Assembly (NCBI GenBank): GCA_963736855.1
Contig: CAVTQK010000015.1
Span: 224,001 to 288,000, forward strand
Source: an uncultured delta proteobacterium
GTDB taxonomy: Bacteria; Desulfobacterota; Desulfobacteria; Desulfobacterales; UBA2156
Direction: 5' to 3'
Length of the DNA stretch: 64,000 nucleotides
A program made the translations under genes and the position numbers. Below, one piece after another: positions 40,539 to 51,485 of this stretch. The notes under the pieces were generated by a model. That model was not told where the DNA came from. It made no database searches and saw only the letters and a program-made list of their open reading frames with translations. Positions within the stretch are counted from its first letter, which is position 1. Every line of letters begins with the position of its first letter.

Positions 40539-42005
40539 ATGAACAATTATCGAGTGTTGGAAACCTTTACAGTCAAAAAGCAGCACGGCGTGGTTACACT
40601 CCTGCTGGCCGTTGCTTTTCTGGGATTTGTCTCTTTTCTTACGATCCCGGTTGCCCAGGCGGCGGAGAAAGCTCAATTCCTGGTTCCGGGTACCTTCAGT
40701 CAGTTAGCGGACATGGCCAGCCCGGCGGTGGTCAACATTCGGACGGTCAAGACCATTAAAGGCGGCGGGCAAGTGTTTCGCCATTTTTCGAGGCCTCCTA
40801 TGGGTCCCAACGACCCGTTTCAAGACTTTTTTGAACGTTTTTTCGGCGATGAGCGACAACAGGAGTTCAAGCAGCGGAGCCTCGGATCGGGTTTTATCAT
40901 CGACAAGGAAGGGTACATCGTCACCAATAACCACGTTATCGAGAACGCCGATGAAATCCGGGTCCAGTTGAAAAGCGAAAAGGAATACGATGCCGAAATC
41001 GTCGGAAGGGATCCCAATACCGACATCGCTCTCATCAAGATCAAGGAACCCAAAACCCTTCCTGTTCTCAAGTTGGGGAACTCAGATGCTGTTCAGGTGG
41101 GCGAGTGGGTGGTAGCCATCGGGAATCCCTTTGGTCTGGACCATACCGTTACCGCGGGGATCATAAGCGCCAAGGGTCGGGTTATCGGGTCCGGGCCTTA
41201 TGACGATTTCATTCAAACCGACGCCTCTATCAACCCTGGAAACAGCGGGGGTCCCCTAATCAATCTGGCCGGCGAAGTGATCGGCATCAATACCGCCATC
41301 ATCGCCAGTGGTCAGGGGATCGGTTTTGCCATTCCCATCAAGATCGCCATGGGGATCGTGGAGCAGCTCCGCCAGAAGGGCGAAGTGATCCGGGGTTGGC
41401 TGGGCGTGGGTATCCAGGATCTCAAGGGGGAGATGGCGGAATATTACGGCCTCAAAGAAGGGGAAGGGGTGCTCGTGGGCCAAGTCTTCCCCGGAGATCC
41501 GGCGGAAAAGGCGGGGATCCAGCCCAAGGACATCATCCTGGAAGTCAACGGCAAGAAGGTCAAGAGCAGCCGAGAATTAAGCAGGCTGGTTGCGGAGATC
41601 GGTGTTGGGGAAAAGACAAAGGTCAAGGTCCTTCGAAACGGCAAGGAAAAAATCGTCACAGTGACGATCGCCAAGCGGGATGACAAACGCGTTGCAGCAG
41701 AGAAGCCGAAAAAGGAAAATCAAGAGCAGATCGGGGTTCAGGTGACGGAGCTGACTCCGGAAATCGCCCGTCAATTAAACCTGACCGAGACCCAGGGGGT
41801 CGTAGTGGTTGATGTGGCTTCCGGAAGCAAGGCCGAGTCGGCGGGGGTCATGCAGGGAGATTTGATCAAAGAGATCAACCACGAACCCACCCCTTCGGTA
41901 AATGATTTCAAGAAAGTCCTTGAAAAGGTGAAAAAAGGTGAGACGATCCAGATGTTCATCCTGAGAAGAAATATGGGATTTATCATCATCAAGATGACCA
42001 AATAG
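40539..42005 (+). CDS. degP: DegP/DegQ serine protease
   Basis: TNNHV, GNSGG, two PDZ domains. Confidence 0.93.
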   Translation: MNNYRVLETFTVKKQHGVVTLLLAVAFLGFVSFLTIPVAQAAEKAQFLVPGTFSQLADMASPAVVNIRTVKTIKGGGQVFRHFSRPPMGPNDPFQDFFERFFGDERQQEFKQRSLGSGFIIDKEGYIVTNNHVIENADEIRVQLKSEKEYDAEIVGRDPNTDIALIKIKEPKTLPVLKLGNSDAVQVGEWVVAIGNPFGLDHTVTAGIISAKGRVIGSGPYDDFIQTDASINPGNSGGPLINLAGEVIGINTAIIASGQGIGFAIPIKIAMGIVEQLRQKGEVIRGWLGVGIQDLKGEMAEYYGLKEGEGVLVGQVFPGDPAEKAGIQPKDIILEVNGKKVKSSRELSRLVAEIGVGEKTKVKVLRNGKEKIVTVTIAKRDDKRVAAEKPKKENQEQIGVQVTELTPEIARQLNLTETQGVVVVDVASGSKAESAGVMQGDLIKEINHEPTPSVNDFKKVLEKVKKGETIQMFILRRNMGFIIIKMTK

Positions 42006-42187
42006 GTTCGGGTGTTACATTCGACCATTGTGGACAGGTGACGAGTGTCGAGTGACAATAGGCCGCAGGCGATGGGCGATAGGTGACCGGCGATGGGTAT
42101 TGGACCCGAGCCAACAACCTGTCGCCCAACGTTTTTTTTAACTCAAAACGATTCGATAGACCGGATCGATCCAGGGAAGACCATGAC

Positions 42188-43951
42188 ATGTTTAAAAACC
42201 TCCGGTTGAAGCTTGCAATTTTCCTCCTCCTCCCCACCGCCCTTATTCTTGCGGGAGTTGGATTTGCCGGATTTATCTTTGCCAGGGATGCCATCCTGGA
42301 AGAATGGAGGCAGGTGTCCATTCTCAAGCTTCAGCGCGCCGCGCACCAGATCGACATGCGGTTGACCGCACCTATCGTTCTCATCGAGATGTTTTTCTCG
42401 ACCGGGAATGTCCGAGACAGCCAAGCCTTGCAGGAGCGGATTCTCGAGCAGCTCAAGAGGGCGGAAGGTGTGAAAAATGTTCGGCTCGAATTTATCAATG
42501 ATGAGTTTGATCAATCCCCCGACCCAATGAAAGGAATGGGACCGACTTACCGGATAAGTGGGGGGCGGATAATGCGCTTTCATCAAGCCAGGTTTATGGA
42601 AGTGACGCCTCCACGCTATGATGTGAATGCCGGATACGAGACGGTTTCCATGATTTCCAGCTTCAAGGATGAAACGGGCCGTGAGGTCGGAAAGCTGGAT
42701 GTCGAAATCCGGTTCGATCATCTCCTCAAAGATATTGAGATGCTGGGATGGCGGCAAAGCGATATCTCCGGTCTGGTGGACGATTCAGGGAAATACCTGG
42801 CCCACACCCAAGCGGCTCAGGCGGAGGGGCACACCCGACTGGGCGAAAACGGGGAGTGGATTGAAGTTGCGATCCTTTCATCCCTGAAAGAAAAGCCTTA
42901 TGGAACGATTCTGGGGAAGGGGCATCCCCCCCACCGGGTGGGCGGTTTTTATCGACTGAGCAGGGCTCCTTGGACATTGGTGCTTCTGGCGCCTGGAGAG
43001 ACGGTTTTGGAACCCGTCCTGCGGTTTCGCTTTTATTTTACACTGGCGGGATTCTTTACCATCACCGCTATTCTGGTCCTGATCCAATGGGTCGGCGGAA
43101 AGCTGGTTCGATCCATCAAAGAAATCGCCGAGGCAGCGGAAGCGGTTGCCAACGGAACCTACGGGCCGCCCTTGGATGTCAGGGGAAATGATGAAATCGG
43201 CCTGTTGCGGGAACAGTTCAACTCAATGGTCGTCGGGTTGAAGGAAAGGGACTTTATCCGCAACACCTTCGGCAGGTATGTGGACCCGGAAATTGCCCGG
43301 GAACTCCTGAGCCGGCCCGAGGCGATCCGTTTGGGCGGTGAAAAACGGGAGGTGGCGGTCTTAATCTCGGATATTCGGGGATTCACACTCCAGATGGAAC
43401 CTCTCGATCCGGAATCGGTCATCCAGGTTTTGAATGTCTATTATGCCCATATGATCGAAACGATCCAGGCACATCATGGCATCATCGTCGATTTTTTCGG
43501 TGATGGCGTTCTAGTCTTTTTCGACCCTCTGGAAAAGCCCGTGACACCCATCCTGCACAGGGCGATTTGCTGCGCTCTCAAGATGCAGGACGCCATGATC
43601 CCTTTCAACCGGGATATGATGTCTCGGGGGCTGCCGGAATTGAAAATGGGTATCGGCATCAATGTGGGGGAAGTGGTTGTGGGCAATGTCGGTTCCGAAA
43701 CCCGAGCCAAATACGGGATCGTTGGGACTGCGGTAAATATCACCCAGCGTATCCAGATGGAGGCCGAAGGTGATCAGATCCTTCTTTCGGGATCGGCTTA
43801 TGCACGCCTCGGGGACAGGGTAAGAGTAAGCGGTTCTTTGAAGCGGTCGCTGAAAGGAATACAAGGAGACGTTGAACTATATGTCCTTCAAAGCGCTGTC
43901 GATTGCGGAGACTTTGTCGAAATAAACCCCGTAAAAAAAGGCATTTTGTGA
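42188..43951 (+). CDS. Class III adenylate/guanylate cyclase (TM-sensor-HAMP-CYC)
   Basis: SDIRGFT, GDG, GIGINVG, VN...R. Confidence 0.88.
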   Translation: MFKNLRLKLAIFLLLPTALILAGVGFAGFIFARDAILEEWRQVSILKLQRAAHQIDMRLTAPIVLIEMFFSTGNVRDSQALQERILEQLKRAEGVKNVRLEFINDEFDQSPDPMKGMGPTYRISGGRIMRFHQARFMEVTPPRYDVNAGYETVSMISSFKDETGREVGKLDVEIRFDHLLKDIEMLGWRQSDISGLVDDSGKYLAHTQAAQAEGHTRLGENGEWIEVAILSSLKEKPYGTILGKGHPPHRVGGFYRLSRAPWTLVLLAPGETVLEPVLRFRFYFTLAGFFTITAILVLIQWVGGKLVRSIKEIAEAAEAVANGTYGPPLDVRGNDEIGLLREQFNSMVVGLKERDFIRNTFGRYVDPEIARELLSRPEAIRLGGEKREVAVLISDIRGFTLQMEPLDPESVIQVLNVYYAHMIETIQAHHGIIVDFFGDGVLVFFDPLEKPVTPILHRAICCALKMQDAMIPFNRDMMSRGLPELKMGIGINVGEVVVGNVGSETRAKYGIVGTAVNITQRIQMEAEGDQILLSGSAYARLGDRVRVSGSLKRSLKGIQGDVELYVLQSAVDCGDFVEINPVKKGIL

Positions 43952-44154
43952 AACAACAAAGGCATCCATGGCTGATGTGATCAAAAGATTCACCGCTGCC
44001 GGATTCACCAGGGTGCGCTTTTCCGAAAGGCGAGGTTGAGGACCGCGAGCTCTGGGTGTCTGGGAATTTTCGATAAGAGCGAACAGTGAATAGTGAAGTG
44101 CAATTCGAAATCCTGGAAATTTTAAATCAGTTGAGTTATTCTGGGAAAGAAAGC

Positions 44155-44685
44155 CCTTGAAAAGGTGAAAAAAGGTGAGATGATCCAGATGTTCATCCTG
44201 AGAAGAAATATGGGATTTATCATCATCAAGATGACCAAATAGATTCGAATGTTATATTCAATCATCATAGCAAGTGACGGGTGACGAGTAACGCGTCGAT
44301 TGACAATAGGCCGCAGGCAATGGGCGATGGGTGACCGGCGATGGGTTTTTAGCCCAAGCCGAGATCCTGCCGCCCATTGCTTTTTTATATCAAAACGATT
44401 CGATGAACCAGGTCGATCCCAATAAAAACAGGGTATGTTTTAAAGCTTCAGGAGATCGCACGGTAACTTCTGGGTCGGCCCAGGGCGATTCGATTGGGCG
44501 GTGAAAAACGGGAAGTGGAGATATTGATCTCGGATATCCGGGATTCACTATCCAGATGAAGACAAAAGAGTGCCCTTTCGTTCCTTGGTGGGCACCCAAG
44601 AAAGTGCGACACCGCCGATTTCGAATTCGGAGTTGAAAAGCCGATTGAAATTCTGGATTTTTCGAATCGTTTGAGTTATTCTTAT
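44155..44685 (+). repeat. Decayed tandem duplicate of degP 3' end, intergenic region and cyclase fragments
   Basis: 44155-44240 near-identical to 41918-42005; 44495-44560 similar to 43331-43397. Confidence 0.8.
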
Positions 44686-44769
44686 CATTACTGGGCGTTT
44701 CTGAATGCCGGGAAATACAGATCTTCGAGCCGGTAGAACAGCGCTAGGGGAAAGCATCGCATTACGGAA

Positions 44770-46272
44770 ATGATGAATTCCGACCCCAATAATCCCATCC
44801 AAAACTGCCAAGAGACTTGTCCTGTGGGGAACAGACTCAAGGCCCAGGAAACCCTTGTTCATCGGTTGGATTCAATTATCGAGTCATCTTTTGACGGTCT
44901 GTGGATCTGCGACCCATATGGAAAAGTCCTTCGAATCAACAAAGCTTCTGAACGTATCAACGGTGTGACACAGGAACAGGTCGTCGGCAAGGAAATGAAA
45001 GATCTCATTGCCGCAGGCCTGATCGACCGATCCGTGACGCTGGAAGTACTCGAAAAACGCACTACCGTCACCGTCATCCAAAATCTGAGAAATAAGAAAC
45101 AGATACTGGTCACAGGGAATCCCGTGTTCAACCGGGAAGGAGAAATTGAACTGGTGGTGGTGAATGAATGGGACATCACAAACCTCAACGACCTTTGGAA
45201 TGCATTGCAGGAAAGCCGGGCTCTGGCATCCAAATATCGTGATGAATTGTCTCTGCGTCATTCCCAGGATGCTCTTTTAGAGGAAGCGGTAATCCGCAGT
45301 GAAGTCATGGTTCGAGTTTTCAAGACAGCGTTGAAGGTCGCTCAGGTGGATACCACGATTCTCCTGCAAGGAGAGTCAGGAGTGGGAAAAGGCTTCATGG
45401 CAAAGCTCATCCACCGTGCCTCTCATCGGAAGGACGGTCCATTTATCCGGGTGGATTGTGGGGCCATTCCCGAATCTTTGATTGAGTCGGAGCTTTTTGG
45501 TTATGAAAAAGGGGCCTTTACCGGAGCACGGCCTGAGGGAAAACCGGGACATTTTGAGTTGGCTCGCGGGGGAACCCTTTTCCTTGATGAAATAGGAGAC
45601 TTGCCGGCAAATATCCAGATAAAACTCCTAAGATTTCTTGAAGAAAATGAGGTCGTCCGCATCGGGGGAGCCACGCCCCATAAAATTGACACCAGGGTAG
45701 TGGCCGCCACCCATCAGGACCTTGGTCAAATGATGGAGCAAGGATCGTTCAGAAAGGACCTGTTCTTTCGAGTCAACGTGATTCCCATTTCCATCCCTCC
45801 GCTCAGGGAAAGAAGAGAGGATATATCCGCATTTATTTCATTTTTTCTAAACCGCTATGCGGCCAAATACGAAACAGATGTAAAAATCCTGCCCAAGACC
45901 TTGGATTGCCTTTGTAGGTATTCGTATCCGGGCAACATCCGGGAGCTTTCCAATCTTGTGGAAAGGTTGGTAGTTCTCAGTCATAACCAGAAAATCGATG
46001 TTGAAGACCTTCCCACCCATGTCCGTCTTAGCACAGACCTGGATTCCCTGTTTTTCCTGCCTGATGATCTTGATCTCAATCGTGCGATTGAAAATCTGGA
46101 ACGAAGGATGATTGTGCATGCCCTGAAGGAATGTGGGTCCCAAAGAAAGGCGGCAAAAATATTAGGGATCCATCAATCCTCTCTTGCACGGAAGGTGAAG
46201 CGATTCGGACTCAATAATGATTCAATTATGCATCATGATGTGAAAACGCATCAAAAATCTATTTCCAGTTGA
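44770..46272 (+). CDS. PAS-domain sigma-54 activator
   Basis: PAS, GESGVGKG, GAFTGA, HTH. Confidence 0.9.
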   Translation: MMNSDPNNPIQNCQETCPVGNRLKAQETLVHRLDSIIESSFDGLWICDPYGKVLRINKASERINGVTQEQVVGKEMKDLIAAGLIDRSVTLEVLEKRTTVTVIQNLRNKKQILVTGNPVFNREGEIELVVVNEWDITNLNDLWNALQESRALASKYRDELSLRHSQDALLEEAVIRSEVMVRVFKTALKVAQVDTTILLQGESGVGKGFMAKLIHRASHRKDGPFIRVDCGAIPESLIESELFGYEKGAFTGARPEGKPGHFELARGGTLFLDEIGDLPANIQIKLLRFLEENEVVRIGGATPHKIDTRVVAATHQDLGQMMEQGSFRKDLFFRVNVIPISIPPLRERREDISAFISFFLNRYAAKYETDVKILPKTLDCLCRYSYPGNIRELSNLVERLVVLSHNQKIDVEDLPTHVRLSTDLDSLFFLPDDLDLNRAIENLERRMIVHALKECGSQRKAAKILGIHQSSLARKVKRFGLNNDSIMHHDVKTHQKSISS

Positions 46273-46328
46273 AATGCATTATCCTTTAAAGACAACATGT
46301 TAACTGCATAGGGAGAATACCACTATCT

Positions 46329-46343
46329 TGGCATATAGGTTGC
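46329..46343 (+). promoter_or_regulatory. Sigma-54 promoter
   Basis: TGGCAT-ATAGG-TTGC. Confidence 0.7.
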
Positions 46344-46458
46344 TTGGCTCTCAAGTTGAAGGTTTTATTTTTCGCCTATCAAAGGTGCGAGAGAAGGTTC
46401 AAATAAGTTTTCAACACCCACAGTGACCCAATACAAACACCATAAAAAGGAGGATCCT

Positions 46459-47691
46459 ATGAAAGTCAATGGCAAACTGGTTTTAACAGTCGTCGGCGCA
46501 ATCTTTATCCTGTGCGCGTCCCATGCTGCTATGGCCCAGACGACGGTCAAGGTCGGCAATATCCTGCCGCTTTCAGGCCCGTCTGCATCGGTCGGGCTTC
46601 AGAACAAGCAGGCGCAGGACATGGCCATCGAGGAGATCAACGCAGCAGGTGGCATCAAGTCGCTGGGAGGTGCAAAAATCCAGTTGATTTATGCCGATTC
46701 TGAATCCAAACCGGAGAAAGGCGTGGCCGAGGCCGAGCGTTTCATCAATACCGAAAAAGTGAACGTTCTCACTGGCTGCTGGAATTCGGCAGTCTCCTAT
46801 CCGGTGTCGGCTGTTGCGGAACGCTACGGCATCCCCTTTATCGTACCGGTGTCGGTGGCCGACAAGATCACCGAGCAGGGCTTTAAGAACGTATTCCGGA
46901 TCGCCGCCAAGGACAGCTGGTGGACCCGGGACCAGTTCACTTTCCTGAAGGATATGGAGAAGGAATTCAATACCAAAGTCTCCACCCTTGCCTTGGTTTA
47001 CGAGAACGGCGATTGGGGCAAGGGATTTGCCGAGGGTTGGAAAAAGTTGGCGCAGCAGGGGGGCTTCAAGGTGGTCATGGATGAACCCTACCCGTCCACT
47101 TCGACCGACCTGAGCCCGGTGGTCCAGAAGATCAAACGCGCCAAGCCGGACGTTCTCTTCCTGACTTCCAATGCAGCGGATGCCATTCTGCTTACCAACA
47201 CCATGGCCGAATACAAGGTCAAGCCCAAGGCCATTATCGCCAGCGGCGGCGGCCATGCCGACCCGTCCTTCTTGAAAGCTGCGGGTAAAAACGCCAGGTA
47301 TCTTTTCGACATCGTCGAGTGGGAAACCGACGTCAATAAACCGGGCGCCAAGGAAACCAACGAGAAGTTCAAGAAGCTCTACGGCTACAACCTGGCCGGT
47401 GAATCTGTAGACGCTTACGTTGCCATGTATGTTATGGCTGATGCCCTGGAACGTGCCAAGTCCACCGATCCGAAGGCCCTCCGGGATGCGCTGACCAAGA
47501 CCAAACTTGCCAGCGGGCCGGCCATGATCGTGGGATACGATGCCATCGAGTTCGATGCGACGGGCCAGAACAAGCATGCCGCCCTGGTGATGGTTCAAAT
47601 CAACGACATCGGAAAAGGCATGGAACGAATCACGGTGTGGCCAAAGGTGTCACGACGGGCCGGTTATAAGCCGGTGTTTCCCGCTCAATAG
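46459..47691 (+). CDS. ABC substrate-binding protein, LivK family
   Basis: Signal peptide, PLSG, EINAAGGIKSLGG; AGGAGG RBS. Confidence 0.9.
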   Translation: MKVNGKLVLTVVGAIFILCASHAAMAQTTVKVGNILPLSGPSASVGLQNKQAQDMAIEEINAAGGIKSLGGAKIQLIYADSESKPEKGVAEAERFINTEKVNVLTGCWNSAVSYPVSAVAERYGIPFIVPVSVADKITEQGFKNVFRIAAKDSWWTRDQFTFLKDMEKEFNTKVSTLALVYENGDWGKGFAEGWKKLAQQGGFKVVMDEPYPSTSTDLSPVVQKIKRAKPDVLFLTSNAADAILLTNTMAEYKVKPKAIIASGGGHADPSFLKAAGKNARYLFDIVEWETDVNKPGAKETNEKFKKLYGYNLAGESVDAYVAMYVMADALERAKSTDPKALRDALTKTKLASGPAMIVGYDAIEFDATGQNKHAALVMVQINDIGKGMERITVWPKVSRRAGYKPVFPAQ

Positions 47692-47983
47692 CGGGCGTCT
47701 TTGGAATAGGCCCTGTTTCTACGTTGCGGTACGTGTCGCAGTGGCTGCGGCGTGCTTGAAATGCGCCTTGCCATTGCGACACTCGCGCGCTTTGAATTTG
47801 AGGCCTATGACAAAACCGCCACGTACTGCCGACAGTTTTAAATTGGGTTGTTGGAGCGATATGTAGCCGCGAATCTTTCACGTTTTCCACTGGAGGGTCA
47901 TAATCACCCCATGGCTGGAGGCCGGCCGCTCTGAAGACCCTGCGGATTAGGAGTCAGAAAGTCTCCGGCTACAGGAGGCTCTT

Positions 47984-48871
47984 ATGCTGTTCGTCCTCGA
48001 AGATGCCATCAACGGCATTCTTATGGGATCCATTTACGGCCTGGCCGCTTTGGGCCTGACGGTGATTTTCGGTGTACTCAAGGTCATCAATTTTGCACAT
48101 GGTTCCATGCTTATGGTGGGCATGTATGTGGCCTATTGGACCGTGACCCTTGCCGGGGTCCACCCGTATCTCGCGCTGGTAGCCGTCGTGCCGGTCATGT
48201 TTCTCTTCGGTTATTTTCTTCAGGACATTATCATCCAACCTATTTTTAAAGCCGAGAAACAAATCCGCGAGCCGATCACCGTCATAATCGTCACGACGGG
48301 GGTTTGGTATATTCTGGACAATCTCTCCCTGCTTGTCTTTGGTCCCCAGTACCGCAACATCCAGAACAACCCCCTGCAGGGAAAGATGCTGGAGTTCGGG
48401 GAGATGTTCATCTCGGTGCCCAAATTGTGGGGATTTTGCACCGCCATTGTGACCGCCCTGGTGGTTTATGGATTTCTACAGAAAACCCGCATGGGTCGGG
48501 CGATCCGGGCGACCAGCCTCGACCGGGAAGCGGCCAGTTTGCAGGGTATTGACCAGTATAAAATGTACAATATTGCCTTCGGCATCGGCACGGCCGTGGC
48601 CGGAATCGCGGGCGCGACGATGGTTCCATTCTACAACGTTTTTCCGACCGTAGGCGTTCTGTTCGATATCAAGTGCTTCATCATCGTCGTTCTGGGGGGC
48701 CTTGGAAGTATCGGCGGGGCGCTTTTGGGAGGGATGATTATCGGGATCATCGAATCGGTCGGTCCGCAGTTCATGACGGCAACCTGGACTGAGGCCATTG
48801 TCTATGGGCTTTTTCTGATATTTCTCTTCTTCAAACCCTCGGGCCTCTTTGGAGTTCGATACGACTGGTAA
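47984..48871 (+). CDS. ABC permease, LivH family
   Basis: GLTVIFGVLKVINFAHG, GGLGS..GA. Confidence 0.9.
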   Translation: MLFVLEDAINGILMGSIYGLAALGLTVIFGVLKVINFAHGSMLMVGMYVAYWTVTLAGVHPYLALVAVVPVMFLFGYFLQDIIIQPIFKAEKQIREPITVIIVTTGVWYILDNLSLLVFGPQYRNIQNNPLQGKMLEFGEMFISVPKLWGFCTAIVTALVVYGFLQKTRMGRAIRATSLDREAASLQGIDQYKMYNIAFGIGTAVAGIAGATMVPFYNVFPTVGVLFDIKCFIIVVLGGLGSIGGALLGGMIIGIIESVGPQFMTATWTEAIVYGLFLIFLFFKPSGLFGVRYDW

Positions 48872-48947
48872 TGAATTCGCATACGCCGCCCTCATCCTTT
48901 GAAAAGCAGACGACAGGTCTGGTCGTTAAACCTTCACAAGGGATTTT

Positions 48948-49955
48948 ATGAGCCCGTCATTGTACCGTAGACTGATGTTGATTGTGGTTGTCTCGATCGC
49001 CCTGGGGCTGCCGCTGGTGGTGCGGAGTGCAACCTACCTGCATATCGTGATTCTGCTTTATCTCTATGCGTATCTGACCACCAGTTGGAACCTGGTTGGT
49101 GGGTTCGCCGGTGTGCTGCCCCTGGGGCATGCCACCTTTGTCGGCATCGGCGCATACACGTCCACCGTCCTATCGCTCCAATACGGAATCAGCCCGTGGG
49201 TCGGTATGTTGATCGGAGCCGTGCTGGCATCCGTTGTCGGTGTGATCATCGGGCTGCCCACATTCAAGATGCGCGGGGCTTATTTTGCTCTGGCGACCAT
49301 CGCCTTTGCCGAAGGCATCCGGGTGATGGTGGAGAACATCGATTACCTGGGTCCATTTCAACTGAACGGCCCACGGGGGCTTCAGATACCGCCGTTGAAC
49401 ACCGGGCTTGCCAACTTCATGTTCGCCGACAAGGAGCCTTATTACTACATCATTCTCATCATGCTGATAGGAGTACTGGCATTCACCTGGATGATCTCGC
49501 GCTCCAAACTGGGTTATTACCTCATGGCGGGAGGCGAGGAGCCGGAAGCAGCCCAGGCGTTAGGGGTGAACGTGGCCCGAGCTAAACTCACCGCCATGGC
49601 CATGAGCTCCTTTCTGACCGCTTTCGCCGGAACGTTCTGGGCGCAGTTCACGCTGTACATCCACCCCAAGAGCGTCATGAGCCTGGATATATCTTTTGAG
49701 ATCGCCTTCATCGCTCTGATCGGAGGCCGGGGATCAATTGCCGGGCCAGTGCTCGGGGCTTTGTTGCTGAGGCCGGTGAGTGATTTCTCCCGCATTTATT
49801 TCGGCAGCACGCTTCCGGGACTACACCTCATTATTTTCGGAATCGTGTTGATCCTCGTCATGCTTTTTCAGCCGCGAGGTTTACAGGAGCCGTTGACCCG
49901 CATCTACCGGCGAGTGATGGAGCATTTCGTCGGCGACAGGAAGGCGGCACCATGA
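48948..49955 (+). CDS. ABC permease, LivM family
   Basis: WNLVGG.AG, GAYFALATIAF. Confidence 0.9.
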   Translation: MSPSLYRRLMLIVVVSIALGLPLVVRSATYLHIVILLYLYAYLTTSWNLVGGFAGVLPLGHATFVGIGAYTSTVLSLQYGISPWVGMLIGAVLASVVGVIIGLPTFKMRGAYFALATIAFAEGIRVMVENIDYLGPFQLNGPRGLQIPPLNTGLANFMFADKEPYYYIILIMLIGVLAFTWMISRSKLGYYLMAGGEEPEAAQALGVNVARAKLTAMAMSSFLTAFAGTFWAQFTLYIHPKSVMSLDISFEIAFIALIGGRGSIAGPVLGALLLRPVSDFSRIYFGSTLPGLHLIIFGIVLILVMLFQPRGLQEPLTRIYRRVMEHFVGDRKAAP

Positions 49956-50677
49956 AAATTCTCGAATTGAAGAGCATCAAAAAATTCTTTGGCGGCATCA
50001 AGGCCGTGGAGGACTTCAGTCTCGAGGTGAAAGAGGGTGAGATCGTCGGCCTGATCGGCCCCAACGGCGCCGGCAAATCCACGCTTTTCAACTGTGTGGC
50101 CGGCGTCTTCCCACCGACCGCCGGCGAGATCCTTTTTCGGGGGGAGAAGATCAACGGCCAAAAACCCTGGGACCTGTGCCGCAAGGGGATTGCGCGCACG
50201 TTTCAGATCGTCAAGCCGTTTGCCACAAAGACCGTTCTCTACAACGTGATGGTGGGCGCTTTTGCCACTACTGACAAGACCATCGAAGCCGAGAAGCGTG
50301 CTCTGGAAGTGCTTCGGTATCTTCGCATGGAGGACCAAAAGGATGCACGCGCCGGCAACCTTACCATCGCCGACCGCAAGCGACTGGAGATTGCCAGGGC
50401 CCTGGCGACCCGTCCCAAGCTTCTCCTTCTGGACGAGGTAATGGCGGGTCTCCGGCCCACCGAGGTGGATGAGATGGTGGCCATCATCAAGCGTCTGCGG
50501 GAAGGCGGGATGACGGTTTTCGTGATAGAGCACATCATGCGCGCGATCATGGCGCTGTCCGACCGTATCGCCGTGCTGCATTTCGGCACCAAAATCGCCG
50601 AAGGATCCCCGCAGAACATCGCCCACGATGAGCGGGTGATCAAAGCCTACCTTGGAGAGGATTATGGCGCTGCTTGA
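49952..50677 (+). CDS. ABC ATPase, LivG family
   Basis: GPNGAGKST, IARTFQ, LLDE. Confidence 0.92.
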   Translation: MKILELKSIKKFFGGIKAVEDFSLEVKEGEIVGLIGPNGAGKSTLFNCVAGVFPPTAGEILFRGEKINGQKPWDLCRKGIARTFQIVKPFATKTVLYNVMVGAFATTDKTIEAEKRALEVLRYLRMEDQKDARAGNLTIADRKRLEIARALATRPKLLLLDEVMAGLRPTEVDEMVAIIKRLREGGMTVFVIEHIMRAIMALSDRIAVLHFGTKIAEGSPQNIAHDERVIKAYLGEDYGAA

Positions 50678-51374
50678 AGTAAAGAATATTAATGTGTTTT
50701 ACGGCGACGTGCAGGTCCTCTTCGATTTATCCCTGGTAGTAGAAGAAGGGGAGGTGGTCAGCATCATAGGCGGAAACGGTGCCGGCAAATCCACCCTTCT
50801 TAAAACGGTTTCAGGTCTGATGAACCCGGACAAGGGAGAGATCGTCTTCGAAGGAAAACCCATCCACAAGCTTCCACCCGAGGCCATCGTGGAGCGCGGC
50901 ATCGTGCAGGTGCCCGAGGGGCGACGGCTGTTCACACTCATGTCCGTCCAGGACAACCTTATCGTGGGTGCCTACAATCCCCGTGCCGATGCGCTCAGAC
51001 AAAAAACCTTACAGGAGGTCTATAAACTGTTTCCCCGTCTGAGTGAAAGGCTGGCGCAGATGGCCATGACGCTTTCCGGTGGCGAGCAGCAGATGGTGGC
51101 CATCGGCCGAGGTCTCATGGCAAAACCCAAGCTCCTCATGCTCGATGAGCCGTCCCTGGGGCTGGCGCCTATTCTGATCAAGGATATTTTCGAAACCTTG
51201 CGAAAGATAGCCGACCAGGGCACCACCGTGCTGCTGGTGGAACAGGACGTGAAGCATTCCCTGAGCCTGAGCAACCGGGGCTATGTGCTCGAGCATGGCC
51301 GGACGGTAATGGAAGGTTCGGCTCGGGAGCTTCTCGAGAACCCGCACATCAAGACGGCATATTTGGGTCTGTAA
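50664..51374 (+). CDS. ABC ATPase, LivF family
   Basis: GGNGAGKST, LSGGEQQM, DEPSLGLAP. Confidence 0.92.
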   Translation: MALLEVKNINVFYGDVQVLFDLSLVVEEGEVVSIIGGNGAGKSTLLKTVSGLMNPDKGEIVFEGKPIHKLPPEAIVERGIVQVPEGRRLFTLMSVQDNLIVGAYNPRADALRQKTLQEVYKLFPRLSERLAQMAMTLSGGEQQMVAIGRGLMAKPKLLMLDEPSLGLAPILIKDIFETLRKIADQGTTVLLVEQDVKHSLSLSNRGYVLEHGRTVMEGSARELLENPHIKTAYLGL

Positions 51375-51485
51375 TGTTTGGGAAGAGGCGTCAGGAGGTC
51401 GACGGATCAGAAGTTCAAAAGAAAAAGGTGTTATTGTCGGATGTCGCTTAACTGTGGAACCCGTGATTGGTAGAGGAGTATATCC

